A DNA stretch of 64,000 nt from the human T2T-CHM13v2.0 reference genome, Homo sapiens, in NCBI GenBank assembly GCA_009914755.4, contig CP068257.2, forward strand, positions 24,544,001 through 24,608,000, given 5' to 3'. The notes below the pieces were generated by a model. The model searched no databases. It was not told the DNA's origin and saw only the letters and a program-made list of their open reading frames with translations. A program made the translations under genes and the position numbers. This document shows positions 15,262 to 29,968 of this stretch, one piece after another (within the stretch, counting starts at the first letter, position 1; the number at the start of each line of letters is the position of its first letter).

Positions 15262-17851
15262 TTAAAGCCTATAGAGAGTCTTGGAATTTATGGGATGTTG
15301 AATTTTTAAAAATTCATTTGTATTAAGTGGACTTTTTATAAAAGAGTAAATACCTAATTAAAATAATATTTTATCTGATGTTACCAAAGAGTTCTTCATT
15401 TCAACGTTCCATCCCTGAGTAAGTTAACTTATGAGGAATGAATTATATTACCTAGCAACCTCCATCCATCTTACCACATTGTTAAAAGCCTATATTCTGC
15501 AAATAATTCACGTAATGAAACAATAGGCATAAATTAAGTTATACATTTAATTAACATATACATAATTAAATTATATATACCAAGAAACATTAAACTTTTA
15601 AACAATTATAACCAAATTCATTGCTCATTTCTTCTAAATCGATATTTACATCTTTATTGTTAATTTCTAAGAAAAGCCTTAATAAGAAAAATAACCTAGG
15701 AGTATCTTGAATTAGCAAATGTATGTTTTATAGAAATTCTACATTTTATAGATTCTATCACTGCTTCTACAGTACATACATTTTTATATTTATGGATTCA
15801 TTGGTATCCTATAAATAGCCTGGATTTTTAATATAATTTATACTACTAGAGTATAAATTATACTCTAGTATAATGGTTCTCAGGTGCGCATATCAGAAGA
15901 CAAACACAGAGATGGTTGACATTGACATATAGCAGACTTTTATCCCCCTAAAAATGCATTTTTTTTAGCAGGTTCAAAATTGGAAGCATGAATTGAAACA
16001 ACACAGAAATAACATGTTTGCTTACAGTGGATAAATTTTGTACTATTTTATAGAAAACCTCTACAAATTTAAGACAAGTTACCGAGCTTGTTGACAAGTT
16101 ATGAGGCCATATGAAAAGCAAACACACAAACAACAAACTAGGCACTAAGAAAAAGTAAAAGGAAATTAAAGTTGGTCATTGCAATTTAATTAAGACAATA
16201 GTTTGAATGCAAATGAAGACATAAGACAAATTCAATGGAACATTAGAATTCCTTGGTACTGTAGTTTATATAAGCAGAAGCGGAGACATACTGAGGTTAA
16301 GTTTTCATCCAAAGTCACCATTAGATTGTGGCAGAGCTGGCTCCTGTCTCTTGTTGAGTCTTCTTTTCACTGCCTGACATTGCCTCTTATAAACAGGACA
16401 TGGTGCCAGTTAATTATAATTGCTTAAGAAAAAGCAATTGAAAAAATGGTGAATGGTAATTACATATGGGCTGAAATAACATTGATATAATCAGGAATAT
16501 TTGGGGGAGGAAACACCATTCTAGAACATCTATTTCAACCTTGGCAAGCTGGAATGACAATCTGCAACTTTATTTTTACCAGTTATCACTTACTGGTATA
16601 ATGAAACAAATGCTAACCGTAAAATTTAATTATTAAATCAAATATTAAAATAATTTATAAACATGTTTAAATCACATTGCACAAAGGAAAGAAAAGGGGT
16701 TGTATCATTTTCAGGCATAAAATCATTTCCTTCTTCCTTTTAATTTGATGTTAGACCAGCTTTTTTCATAGTCAAATTTGTACGGAAATGCCCAGAGAGG
16801 GCAAACAAGGAGCTTAACAGATGTCATTTTGCTATTCTGTGAAGCTAAATAGAACTGTAGTTTATTGAATGATTTCTCTTACTTCTACTTCTGCTTGAAT
16901 GTAGATTGGGGGATGGATAGTAGCTGAGTCCAATTTAATTTGTTCAATTACTCACCATTTGATTTATTTATATCATATGATAAATTAATCAGTTTGTTTT
17001 AATCTATACTCTGTATAGGGTTTACAATAAGAACATCATTTAAAGTATGGAGTGCAACTCTTACAGGTTATATATATTCATTTTATTTTACGAAAATTTA
17101 ATGTCATATACTTATGCATTTAATAATATATACCAAATATTTATAACAATTCATCAAGCTTGACATTTTTTTAAACAAGAATAAAATTTCAAGAAAGTTG
17201 GAAGAAAATACAAAGAATTTTTGCTCCCTCTCCTCATCCATTTGAAAGCAAATTGCCAATACGATGCCTTATGACCCCAGAATGCCTCGGTAGATTACAA
17301 ATGAAGACACTATCATACAACAAAATACAACCATTGAAATCAGGAAATTAACCTTGATATTATTAACATCAAGCTTGCCAGTTGTGTAGAAAGAGGATCC
17401 AGTTTAGAATCATGGGCTGCATTTTACTGCCCTGTCTCTTAAGCATTTGTAGGCTTTGGAAAGTTTAAATTTTTTCTTGAGTTTCATAAATTTGACAATT
17501 TTGAAACTCATAGCCTAGATATTTTGTGGACTATCACTTAATATGGATTTGGCTGATTTTATCTCATGATTAAATCCATGCATCTTTGGCAGGGATATCA
17601 CAGAAATAATGCTGCTCCCTCATTGCATGCTGTCTGTGGTGCATGACTGTGACTTGTTCAGTTACTGATGATGCCTCTGTGATAACTGGGTTAAAGTGGT
17701 GATTGCCAGGTTTCTTCACAGTCGTTTACTCTTTCCTCTTTAAGAAATAATAAGTATTTCATGGTGAAGTACTTTAAAACTCTGCAAACATCTCATTCCT
17801 CTTCAAACTTTCATGTTATTCATTTCTTTCTTTATATCTTTTCTTTTTCTT

Positions 17852-18292
<441 letters not shown>

Positions 18293-18775
18293 TGATATTT
18301 CTCTATTATTCTTTAAGTATTTCCTGACTTTCTGGTACAGCAAAAGATTCTAGGCTCATTTTGTACTTTTTCTTTCCCATCCAGGAATTGGTCATTTTGC
18401 TAAAGGGTCCTGTTTCTTTGTAACGAGAATAGTATTTAGAAGCCAAGATTTGGTTGCTAAATGTACTCATTACTCTTGGGGTGCCACTGCCTCCAGACTG
18501 TTTCAGAGGACAAAAACTAAGGAATATATAATAATATGCAGACATGCACCCATATATATGTTACTTATATGTCTACATTTATATACATTTATAAATTCAT
18601 ACCAATTCCTTCCATTTCAGTTCAATACCATTGAGTTCATTCTATTTTTCTTTCATTTCAATATTTGTAGCTTTCTTCTCTGACAGTTGAGAAACCTGGT
18701 TTGCCAATTATACTGAATATATTTATTTATTTCATCACACCTGTTTCCCTCCAACAGTCCGCTATATGTGGCTAA

Positions 18776-19253
<478 letters not shown>

Positions 19254-19399
19254 TAACATCAATGTTAATGCTTTTAAATATTTTCCACAGGTGTTAAGTC
19301 ATTTATTACTTTACTAAGTCACAGAGTGCCATACATTTTATATGAAGGATAGGGATCCATTTCCTCAAATTATAACTGCTAGTAAGACAGAAGCATAGT

Positions 19400-19920
19400 G
19401 TGATGGTTTATTTTAGGTGTCAACTTGACTGGATTAATGGATACCTACATAACTGGTAAGACATTCTGTCTGGGTGTGTCACACCAATCTCTTAGATGGA
19501 CTAAACCGGGAAGATCCACCCTCAACACAGGTGAGCACCATCCAATCGGCTGGGGGACCACATAGAACAAAAAGGCAGAGAAAAGGTGAATTTGATTTCT
19601 CTCTCTTCTGGAGCTGGAACACCCTCTTCTGCTGCCCTTGGACATCAGAATCCCAGGTTTTCCAGCATTTGGGCTCCAGGACTCATAAAAGAAGCAGCCC
19701 TCTGTGTAATCAGGCTGTAAGCCTCAGACTGAGAGTTACATCGTCAGCTTCTTTTGTTCTGAGGCTTTCTGACTTGGGCTGACCCGTGCTGCCACCTCTC
19801 CTGATTCTCCAGCTTGCAGACTCCCTATGGTGGGACTTCTTAGCTTCCATGATCATGTGAGCCAATTCCCCTAATAAATTTCCTGTTATCTATGTAACTA
19901 TCTGCCATTGGCATCCAAAC
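19400..19920 (+). mobile_element. MaLR-type (MLT-like) LTR; exact subfamily uncertain
   Basis: Blocks I recognise from a high-copy MaLR LTR family: gtgagcaccatccaatcggctgggggaccacatagaacaaaaaggcagagaaaaggtgaatttg ... ctgctgcccttggacatcagaatc ... ctccagcttgcagactccctatggtgggacttcttagcttccatgatcatgtgagccaattcccctaataaatttcc. Confidence 0.5.
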
Positions 19921-20096
19921 CAGAGTGATTCACTCTTCAATAAAGGCTGAATGAAGTGAGACCTTCTAGGTTACATTCCCAGGAATTTAGGTACTCTTGG
20001 TCATAAGATGTTTATGGTTGAAGGAACAAGTTAATTATGCTAATTAAGACCCAGAACTTAAGGAAATGTCCTGATATCCAGATATCTTAAGAACAG

Positions 20097-20350
20097 ACCA
20101 GGCAAGGTGGTGCACACCTACAATCCCAGCACTTTTGGAGGCTGAGGCAGGTGGATCACTTGACCAGACTGGGCAATATAGTGCAACTCCATCTCTCCAA
20201 AAAATACAAACATTAGCCAAGAGTGATGGCACACACCTGTGACCCCAGCTACTTAAGAGGTTGAGGTGGGAGGATTACCTGAGTATGGGGACATCCAGGC
20301 TGCAGTGAGCCATGATTGTGCCACTGCACCCCAGCCTATGCAACAGAATA
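20097..20350 (+). mobile_element. Alu SINE (old, with internal deletion)
   Basis: ccaggcaaggtggtgcacacctacaatcccagcacttttggaggctgaggcaggtggatcacttgaccagactgggcaatatagtgcaactccatctctccaaaaaatacaaacattagccaagagtgatggcacacacctgtgaccccagctacttaagaggttgaggtgggaggattacctgag ... gccactgcaccccagcctatgcaacag. Confidence 0.85.
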
Positions 20351-20559
20351 AAAAGCATTCTTAGTTTAGGAATAGGTTTCGCTTTAAAGATTATAGTACA
20401 TCCATAAATTCTTGCTGATATCAATAGGTAAACAAAAGAAGAACAATACTAATAGACTGTTACAAGCTAATCACAAGCCTTTGTATAATAATAAAGCACA
20501 TTATTCTTAGTTCTAACATTGTATATAAGCAAGCATTATGTTTGACGTAGGGGCGTTCC

Positions 20560-20790
20560 TTCTCTCGCTTTCTGAGGATGCCCTACTCTGTAATAAGAGT
20601 AGTCTCTAGTAAACTATCTTAATTTCACTCTACTCTGCTACTCACACTGAAGTCATTCCTGTCTGAAATCCAAGAACCCACTCTTGGGGTCTGGGACAAG
20701 ACCCTTTTTCTAGTAACATCTATCTATCTTCTATCTATCTCTCGCCTATTGGTTCTATCTCTTTGGAGAACTCTAATACACACAGTAAAG
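20560..20790 (+). mobile_element. ERV LTR 3' portion (U5-like), related to the LTR at 59425-60061
   Basis: aaatccaagaacccactcttggggtctgggacaagaccctttttctagtaac closely parallels aaatccaagagccctctcttggggtctggatctggacccctttccagtaac at 60010-60060. Confidence 0.4.
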
Positions 20791-22534
20791 TTAAGATTAA
20801 CACACAGAAGCAGGTCATGGATTATTCAGGTGGAACCACAGGGGACATTTGGTTGGGATTGCATGATTAACGCCCTACCATGTCATGTCATTGATCAATG
20901 GTCACTTCTTTCCTGAGCATTAGCATGTCTCTAAGATTTGCTCTTATCTATCAAATGAATGCAGAATGCCATTCATGTGATAAACCCCAACAGGTCCCAC
21001 AGAATTTTCACAGTCTATTGTGTCAAGTTGTACTTAAGAGAGATTTTTTACTTTATGGATCAATGACTGGATAGATCAAAATGAATCCTTTAAAGCTATC
21101 ATATTTTATCAGTTTGCTGCAGTTGTCTTGCAGGCTCAATGAAACCATGTTTCCTAGAGTCCAAAAATCTGGGAGGTGACCATCGACTCTTCTAGATGAG
21201 CTGGTGTTCTCTGCTTAACTAACTGCTCAAGTTCATTCCATGAGGGAGAAACCTCCCTTTTTGACTTTGAATACCACTGCTGAGAATTGTGCTTCTATTT
21301 CACTTTGTGGAATGCTTGAAGTGATTTTTACAGAATTCTTTTTGGAAATGTTAATACTTGTGGAACAAATGGCTTATTGTTAAACTTGGAGCTGGAAGAC
21401 CTGGATTTGAATGCGGATATTGCCAGTTACTAGCAGTGTGACCTCAGTTTCTTCAGTAAAACAGGATATTATCATTGTCTGACAAAGTTTTTTGGGCCTC
21501 AGTTAAAAAAATGTTAAGTTAAAGTCATTTCGGTTCTTGAAAGTGCCAAGCAAATGTGAGGCACTATTAGTATTTTGTAAAAAGCCATTTCTTTAAAGGG
21601 AAGACAATTCATGAAGAAAAAATTCAAATGAAAGCAAAGTAATAAATAAAATTACCTTAAGAACTGATGAGAGAATTCTGATTTTGTAGATGGAAATTTG
21701 TTTTTGAATTTAATGAATATACATATATTTACTCCTTTAAGTAGTTATTTTATGTTTCAAAAAGATTCAAACATTTTAATTGCAAAAAGTCTTTGCCTTG
21801 CTTTAAAAGCAAGTTTAATTTCAGGGACAATACACCTATTAATTACCCAAACCATTCCTAAGCAGTAACAGCCTTAAGAGCCTATTAATGTAAGGGGGGG
21901 TGTTAAGTCTTATTCAAAATGAATTGAACCCCTGACTCCAAGTCAGCTAGTTTATATTCTAAGACAATGAAAATTAAGAACAATGATTTAGCGACTCGAG
22001 AAGACTCAATCTAATATGATCCGAAAAAGGCCAATTATCGTAACTCTTTTAGCCAATATTAACTTCTGAATGTGTCAAATTCTCCATCTTGGAAAAACTG
22101 TGTTGACTCCAGCAGACATAAGAAGTTTTCTTCTCTCATTAACAAACCTTCTATGTTAGACCAGAGGAAGAAGCATTTAACTGGCATTATTCTAAAAATA
22201 ATGAAACAATTCAACAAATACATATTTTATAATGATTTTGTATTAAAATAGAACTGGTTTTACTTAATTGGTTGTAATTTAAAGTTCAAAATCTTAAAAA
22301 TATATTTGTTGTAAAAATGTCACCAGGTTCTGTGTTATCTCTTTTCAATTTTCCTTGAAAGAGTTGCTCATTATGATATTTAAATTCTTGTGTCTTACAT
22401 TTGAAAATTAGTACTGATTTTTCAATACAAAAAATCCTATCGAAACAGCTTGAAATCTTAGCAGTCTTTGTACTTTTCATAACATATTTTATTATACATA
22501 TTTTATATACAAATAAATAATTAAAAATATATAA

Positions 22535-22879
<345 letters not shown>

Positions 22880-23323
22880 TAGAATTTTGGCATTCATGTT
22901 GAAAATATGACCACAGATTTCTTCTTAGGTACATGGGAAGATTGCCTTGTATTCTAGTTTTAGGTTTCAGCAATTTCACCACTGACCATTTTATTGAAAT
23001 CATGTAGTGCTGTAGGTAGTCAGATAATGAGATGCCACTTAAAAGGCCTGAAATACTTGGGGTTGCATAATGGGGATGTATGTACTACGTTAGAGGCTAA
23101 TTCCAAAATTTGGGGAAAGACTAATAAAATGTTTCTCTTGTCAACTGAAGAATGATGAGGTTCATAAATTTAGAAAGGTGAGCTTTGTTTTTTATAAAGA
23201 ATTGCAGCCCTCGGGTGGCCATTCTGACAGGGTTGGAAGTGTAGCCTCCTGCCAGAAGCCAGAAACCGGCACTTTGAGGGAGGGAAGAATAAGACAGGAA
23301 TTTATGCTGAATGCGGTGGTTGA

Positions 23324-23959
<636 letters not shown>

Positions 23960-25126
23960 TAGTTGAGCTTCATGCCTGTCCATGGGCATCATGTTCAAAA
24001 TATGGTGGCATTAGTATAATCTGAGGATGGAGTTTTCAGCCCTCTGACTCAAAAGGTGAAGCAGGCAACACAAAAACCCTCACTATGCATCCTCTATAAA
24101 CCGGCCAGAGCCACTTCATGTTCGGTGTTCTTTTGTCAGGAAGGAAAGCTGAGTGGTCGTTTTGTCAAAACTGCAAAAGGAAGGATAGTCACAAGGTTGG
24201 TGGAAATCACTGGCGGAGCCAGTCTTTCCCAATGGCTGGTTTCTGTTTAACCCTTAAGAAAGAAAGCCTCATGGCTGTTAGCAAGGTTGCAGGGGAGGTG
24301 AACGAGGCATGTTCAATCTTCCATGTCATCATGGCCAGGAGCACAGTTTTCAAGGTTTCTCTGCAGTACCCTTTGCCAAGAGAGAGTTCTATTCAGCTGG
24401 TTGGGGGGCTCAGGATTTTATTTTTATTTCTCACTCTTAAGGGGAACATCAACTTAGAGGGTCTTGTCCATGAGACTGAAATGTCTTCCAGTTGTCTTCG
24501 AGAAGAATGTCCTCATTTGAGTTTCCCTGAAAGCAGAGGGCCTGAGACAAGTATGTGGGCTCAGGTAGTTTCTTTGGGAATTAATCCCAGGAAGCAGAAG
24601 TGAGAGAGTAGAGGCATGGGAAAACATGGAGTTATTGAGCTAGCTACCCCTGTGGAAAACTGGGGCTCCATTCTGTTGAAGAGCTTCTAAGAAACTTTGT
24701 GGAATCCCTCAGACATGTTTCAGGGAAGGACAGGGAGACTGGGACACCCGTCTATTAATTCAGTCTCCCATTGATTGTGGGTTTTGCTAGAGGCACTTTG
24801 GCACCATGCACTTCCAAGTGTGCCTGTTTAGGGGAGAGGCAGGCTGAGTTGCTTTCAGTGACTGCAGAGAAATCCAAATTGTGAGATGCCACAGCACAGC
24901 TTGAGGTGGGATGCTGGTTGCTTGCACAGACTTGTCCTTCGCAGCAGTGCTGAAATCTAGTGGCCAAGGGAAGTGGTTGAGGCACCACAAGTGTCTGCTA
25001 CAGATAAGAGAAAGCAAATAGTATAAAAGAAGTTATTATCCAATTATTTCTAATAGAGTTGAGGGAGTGTCATTGCTGTAGGGTCATGGTCTGTACAGAG
25101 TGGTGTATGAGATGAGGACGTGCTAC

Positions 25127-25330
25127 CCCAAAATATGCCTCTTTGGCGTAAAGATTACTTTGAGCTGATCATTTTTAGACACTAGACACAAGAGAAGTTT
25201 TGAAAACACAAACATTTCCCTTTTGTAAGGGAAACTTACACCTATAAAGAAAAATGTCCATTTGTAAGTGTGTCTCCCTCTCTGTACGAAGAAGGGAAAG
25301 ATGATTAAATTACTAGAGACCCACCCACCT
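25127..25330 (+). repeat. Unclassified interspersed repeat (second copy at 33925-34250)
   Basis: gctaccccaaaatatgcctctttggcgtaaagattactttgagctga ... vs gctaccccaaaatattctactttggcataagaattattttgagctga at 33925; family not identified. Confidence 0.4.
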
Positions 25331-25537
25331 AAATCTGCATAACAAGCCTTACTCTTATTTACTGTGCTGTTTCCAGTCACATCCCCATTACTGGCCTTCC
25401 CAACACCCTTCTTTCTTTGTTTCAGCAGAAGATGGTGCTTAAGCCTGAATTCTAAGTCACCTCTTGGAGATTTGCTCATTTCTTTGGGTATCTCCCAGTA
25501 TACATGAGGTATATATGTTATTAAACTTCCGTTTGCT

Positions 25538-25900
25538 ATACTATGCAGCCATAAAAAAGGATGAGTTCATGTCCTTTGTAGGGACATGGATGAAGCTGGA
25601 AACCATCATTCTGAGCAAACTATCGCAAGGACAGAAAATCAAACGCCGCATGTTCCCACCCATAGGTGGGAAATGAACAATAACACTTGGACACAGGGTG
25701 GGGAACATAACACACTGGGGCCTGTCGTGGAGTCGGGGTAGGAGGAGGGATAGCATTAGGAGAAATACCTAATGTAAATGACAAATTAACGGGTGCAGCA
25801 AACCAACATGGCACATGTATACATATGTAACAAACCTGCACGTTGTGCACACGTACCTTAGAACTTAAAGTATAATAATAAAAGTAAATAAATAAATAAA
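25538..25900 (+). mobile_element. L1 (L1PA-type) 5'-truncated 3'-end insertion with A-rich tail and 15 bp TSD AAACTTCCGTTTGCT (25523-25537 / 25898-25912)
   Basis: atactatgcagccataaaaaaggatgagttcatgtcctttgtagggacatggatgaagctggaaaccatcattctgagcaaactatcgcaaggacagaaaatcaaacgccgcatgttcccacccataggtgggaaatgaacaataacacttggacacagggtggggaacataacacactggggcctgtcgtggag...gggatagcattaggagaaatacctaatgtaaatgacaaattaacgggtgcagcaaaccaacatggcacatgtatacatatgtaacaaacctgcacgttgtgcacacgtaccttagaacttaaagtataataataaaagtaaataaataaataaa. Confidence 0.9.
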
Positions 25901-27429
25901 CTTCCGTTTGCTTTTCTCTTGTTAATGTGTCTTCTGTTACAGGGGTCCATCTCAACTAAGAACTCTGAAAGTTAGAAAGAAAATTATTTTTCCTTCCCTA
26001 CAGTTTAAAATGAGAGTTAAAGGCATTTTCTTGTATTACACAGAAGAAGGAGAATGCTGTGATTTTTCTTGATTAATGTTGAGTATCGAAATGGATGTCT
26101 TTCTATAATGACTGGAGTCTAATTAGCTATCCTGATTTGAAGAAAGCAGGTTTTCAGAAACACAGTGTCATATGTTCCTCCTAAGTTCATTAAGTAACCA
26201 GTGATCTGCAATTTGGTATCCCAGATGGACCTACCCTCAGGAAGTGAATGTCCTGTGCAAAGGGCTATTTTTCAGATAAAGCTCCCAAGATATGGAATAG
26301 TGTTGTAGAAAAAAATTGGGTTCTTGTCATGCGACCAGGAAAATTTAGACATGCAGATGCATTGTAGGGTGAGTAGGGCAGGATTTATTAAGTGAAAAGA
26401 AAATGGGAAAGAGGAACTCTCAGCAAAGCGAGAGAGAGTCCTGCCAGCAGGTCTCTTGCCTCACAGATTGAATCCCAGGTCACCACCCAGGAACTGAAGA
26501 GGCCAGGCTCCTCCCCGCTGCAAAAGGTGCAGACTTCCCAAGGCTCCGCCCTCGTCCTCCCGGTGCATAGGTGGACATTATTCAGAATCAGTCGGGAAAG
26601 GGCGGGTTTCATCTGGGACCAGCAGTTTGGTTTTTCAGCCTTCAGGCTGTTTTATGCTTGGAGGTGGGGACCCTTTCGCCGGGGACCCATGGCTGGCTTC
26701 TGTCTCTATCAATAGCATATTTGAGTGCAGGGCTGAGGCAGCCTCTTGGAGGCTTATTATCATGTATCAAATTCTTACCCCAGAGAAAATCAGAGTTGTG
26801 ATTTGAAGCGTTATTAGGGTAATTGCATCTGAGATTTTGAATAATCATCAACAGTCACCTAATCTGCATCACTTATTTTATAAAAAGGCTAATAGACATT
26901 AATAATTTACCTAACATCAAATAGTTTGTGAACAGACAGGCTGGAACTCTTCAGACTGGAATTCAGTTCAATACTCTGCAATGGCATCATAGATAATATG
27001 CATTTGTCAATTTGCATAATCAATATTTTATTTTTGTACCATGCAGGATCATTGTTTAAGTACACAGTGATATACTTCCTGACCTTTAGAATTTTAAATC
27101 ACTGGGCTTAGTGAAATCCCCCAAACACATTTAAAAACTCATAGAAAGGCATATGAATGCAAGCATTTGGAGTGTTCTGAATACCAAAAGCCAAAACCAG
27201 TACAGGTAAATGACAAGCATCACTTAAAAAGAATGTCTGAACAGCTGGCTGAATAAATCAGCCAAAGTTGAAACACTCTTTTCACTTGTCTGTGAAATTT
27301 TTCTTCCTAGAAGTGAGGGAGTCCCTTGAGGGAAAGAGGATAACAGGTAAGCGTATTCACTGTTTGCCACTTCTAGAAATAAAATGCTGCGTATGTATTC
27401 ATATGTATGATATATAACACACAACTAAA

Positions 27430-27728
27430 CTTTTTTTTTTTTGAGACAATGTCTCTCTTTGTTGCCCAGGCTGGAATGCACTGGTGTAATCACAGCTCAT
27501 GGCTCACAGCCCACCTCCTGGGCTCAAGGGATCCTCCCATCTCAGCCTTCCGAGTGGCTGGGACCATAGGTGCACACTACCATGCCTGGCTAATTTTAAA
27601 ATTTTTTATAGAGATAGGGTCCCATTACGTTGCCCGGGCTGGCCTTGAATTACTGGCCTCAAGCAATCCTCTGGCCTTGGCCTCCCAAAGTGCTGGGATT
27701 ACAGGTGTGAACCACTGCACCCAACCAC
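27430..27728 (-). mobile_element. Alu SINE (older, AluJ-like, antisense)
   Basis: ttttttttttttgagacaatgtctctctttgttgcccaggctggaatgcactggtgtaatcacagctcatggctcacagcccacctcctgggctcaagggatcctcccatctcagccttccgagtggctgggaccataggtgcacactaccatgcctggctaattttaaaattttttatagagatagggtcccattacgttgcccgggctggccttgaattactggcctcaagcaatcc ... gggattacaggtgtgaaccactgcacccaacc. Confidence 0.9.
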
Positions 27729-27839
27729 AAGTAAACTTTTGAATCCAAGGAGACACATGGTGTGGGGTCCAGACTGCTGTGACCATCCTATGTCAGGACA
27801 AGTCTAGTGCTTCACTATCAAAGACATTTCTGAAACATG

Positions 27840-28185
27840 GCCTGGGCTTGGTGGCTCACGCCTGTAATCCCAGCACTTTGGGAGGCCGAGGCAGGCAGAT
27901 CACCTGAGGTCCAGAGTTCGAGACCAGCTTGGCCAACATGGTGAAACCCTGTCTCTACTAAAAATACAAAAATTAGCCTGGCATGGTGACGACCTCCTGT
28001 AATCGCAGCTACTAGGGAGGCTGAGGCAGGGGAAACGCTTGGACCTGGGAGGTGGAGGTTGCGGTGAGCCAAGATTGCATCACTGCACTCCAGCCTGGGT
28101 GACACAATGAGATACTATCTTAACAAACAAACAAGCAAACAAACAAAAAATGAAAGAAAGAAAGAAAGAAAAAGAAATTTCTGAA
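27840..28185 (+). mobile_element. Alu SINE (sense) with (CAAA)n/(GAAA)n-expanded tail
   Basis: ggcctgggcttggtggctcacgcctgtaatcccagcactttgggaggccgaggcaggcagatcacctgaggtccagagttcgagaccagcttggccaacatggtgaaaccctgtctctactaaaaatacaaaaattagcctggcatggtgacgacctcctgtaatcgcagctactagggaggctgaggcaggggaaacgcttggacctgggaggtggaggttgcggtgagccaagattgcatcactgcactccagcctgggtgacacaatgagatactatcttaacaaacaaacaagcaaacaaacaaaaaatgaaagaaagaaagaaagaaaaagaaa. Confidence 0.9.
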
Positions 28186-28844
28186 GCAGAATAAAACACC
28201 AGCCACTGAAATTGGATTTAATATAAGTGCTTTGTGACTTTGGTTTATACTTTTGTTGCTAGGGACATGGAATTTTCATTTTTACCTCCAGCTTGGAACC
28301 AGCCATAAGCCAGTGTCTCCTCATGGCTAGCTAAGAGCATTTCCTAGTCTGTTTGGGAAGGAGATAGAACCTCATTTTCCTTTCTACATTCCCTATGAGG
28401 CACTCAAATTCCTTGAAATCATATTTCCCAGGAATCACAAATGAACCAATCTAAACTCTGTGGGGATGATAGACTTTCTTGAGGTCCTCTGGATTTCCTA
28501 GGTCCAAGGATTGGTATTTGTGGTAGTGGGTGATGCCCAAGGGTGAAGGAGAACTGTTACTATATTCAGAACCCTGAGAGTTCATTCTGTCCTTCACTTG
28601 AAGGAAAACTATCAACAGGTAACAGCACCCCTTAGACTTGCTCCTTCTTCTGTGGATGCCCTTTTCTGGCCATGGGCACTTGAAGGAAATGAATGAGAGA
28701 CCCAGGACATAGGCGCTGGGGAAGGAGTAGAGATTGATGTCAGCTCTTTCCTGGAAAGGTTAACAGAAACTACAGGGCATGATTTATTGAAATAATCTGG
28801 GTGAAAATGCTTGTATATGCTAATCTTATTTTTTATTTTATTTT

Positions 28845-29157
28845 GTTTTATTTTTGAGACAGGCTCTCCCTCTGTCACCCAGGCTGGAATGCAGTGGCAT
28901 GATCTTGGCTCACTGCAGACTTCGCCTCCGAATTCATGTGATTCTCCCACCTCAGCCTCCTGAGTAGCTGGGATTACAGGTGCGTCCCACCACTTCTGGC
29001 TAATTTTTTTTTATTTTTTTATTATTATTTTTTTTTTAGTAGAGACAGGGTTTCACCATGTTGGTCAGGCTTGTCTGGATCTCCTGACCTCAGGTGATCC
29101 GCCCGCCTCGGCCTCCCAAAGTGCTGGGATTACAGGTGTGAGCCACCGTGCCTAGCC
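28845..29157 (-). mobile_element. Alu SINE (antisense) with expanded T/A-rich linker
   Basis: ttttattttgttttatttttgagacaggctctccctctgtcacccaggctggaatgcagtggcatgatcttggctcactgcagacttcgcctccgaattcatgtgattctcccacctcagcctcctgagtagctgggattacaggtgcgtcccaccacttctggctaattttt ... tcctgacctcaggtgatccgcccgcctcggcctcccaaagtgctgggattacaggtgtgagccaccgtgcctagcc. Confidence 0.9.
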
Positions 29158-29290
29158 TAATCTTATGTTTTAATTTCAAATATTATTTTTATAATTAATG
29201 TTCACATCCCTTATTTATTGAATGAAAACAATGCAATGGGTTAGATAAGTGCTAGAACTAATGCTCTATAATAAACTCTAAAAAACCCTA

Positions 29291-29600
29291 GCCGGCTGGG
29301 CGCAGTGGCTCATGCCTGTAATCCCAGCACTTTGGGAGGCCGAGGCGGGCGGATCACAAGGTCAGGAGATCGAGACCATCCTGGCTAACACAGTGAAACC
29401 CCATCTCTACTAAAAATACAAAAAATTAGCCGGGCATGGTGGCGGGTGCCTGTACTCCCAGCTACTCAGGAGGCTGAGGCAGGAGAATGGTGTGAACCCG
29501 GGAGACGGAGCTTGCAGTGAGCCGAGATTGAGCCACCTCACTCCAGCCTGGGTGACAGAGCGAGACTCCATCTCAAAAAAAAAAAAAAAAAAACACCCTT
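29291..29600 (+). mobile_element. AluY SINE (sense, full length, CpG-rich, long pure poly-A)
   Basis: gccggctgggcgcagtggctcatgcctgtaatcccagcactttgggaggccgaggcgggcggatcacaaggtcaggagatcgagaccatcctggctaacacagtgaaaccccatctctactaaaaatacaaaaaattagccgggcatggtggcgggtgcctgtactcccagctactcaggaggctgaggcaggagaatggtgtgaacccgggagacggagcttgcagtgagccgagattgagccacctcactccagcctgggtgacagagcgagactccatctc + A20. Confidence 0.9.
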
Positions 29601-29802
29601 TCTTGGTGGAAAACGTCAAAACTATTTAAAGGGAGTGAGAATAGTATAACGAACCTGGGTATGCATCTAATCTAGCTCCAACAATTATACAATATCAGTT
29701 CACAGCCAATTTTATTTGATCTATATCTCTCTCTGTCCCTCCTCAAATTATTTCGAGGCAAATACCGGACATATTTACATTTACCTTTAATCTTTTCTTT
29801 TC

Positions 29803-29968
29803 TTTTTTTTTTTTTTAGATACAGGGTCTCACTCTGTTGCCCAGGCTGGAGAACAGTGGCACGATCATGCGTTATTCACTGCAGACTTGAACTCCTGGCC
29901 TCAAGCAATCTTTCTACCTTGACCTCCCAAAGTGCTGGGATTACAGGTGTGAGCCACTGTGTTTAGCC
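29803..29968 (-). mobile_element. Alu fragment with internal deletion (antisense)
   Basis: tttttttttttttagatacagggtctcactctgttgcccaggctggagaacagtggcacgatcatgcgttattcactgcagacttgaactcctggcctcaagcaatctttctaccttgacctcccaaagtgctgggattacaggtgtgagccactgtgtttagcc. Confidence 0.85.

Noticed and set aside
24118-24603. 161 aa plus-strand ORF in non-repeat sequence
   Set aside because: No recognisable domain or motif. Embedded in AT-average unique DNA with no CpG island and no upstream promoter features. Length is within chance expectation for 64 kb in six frames. Cannot exclude an unannotated exon but there is no positive support.
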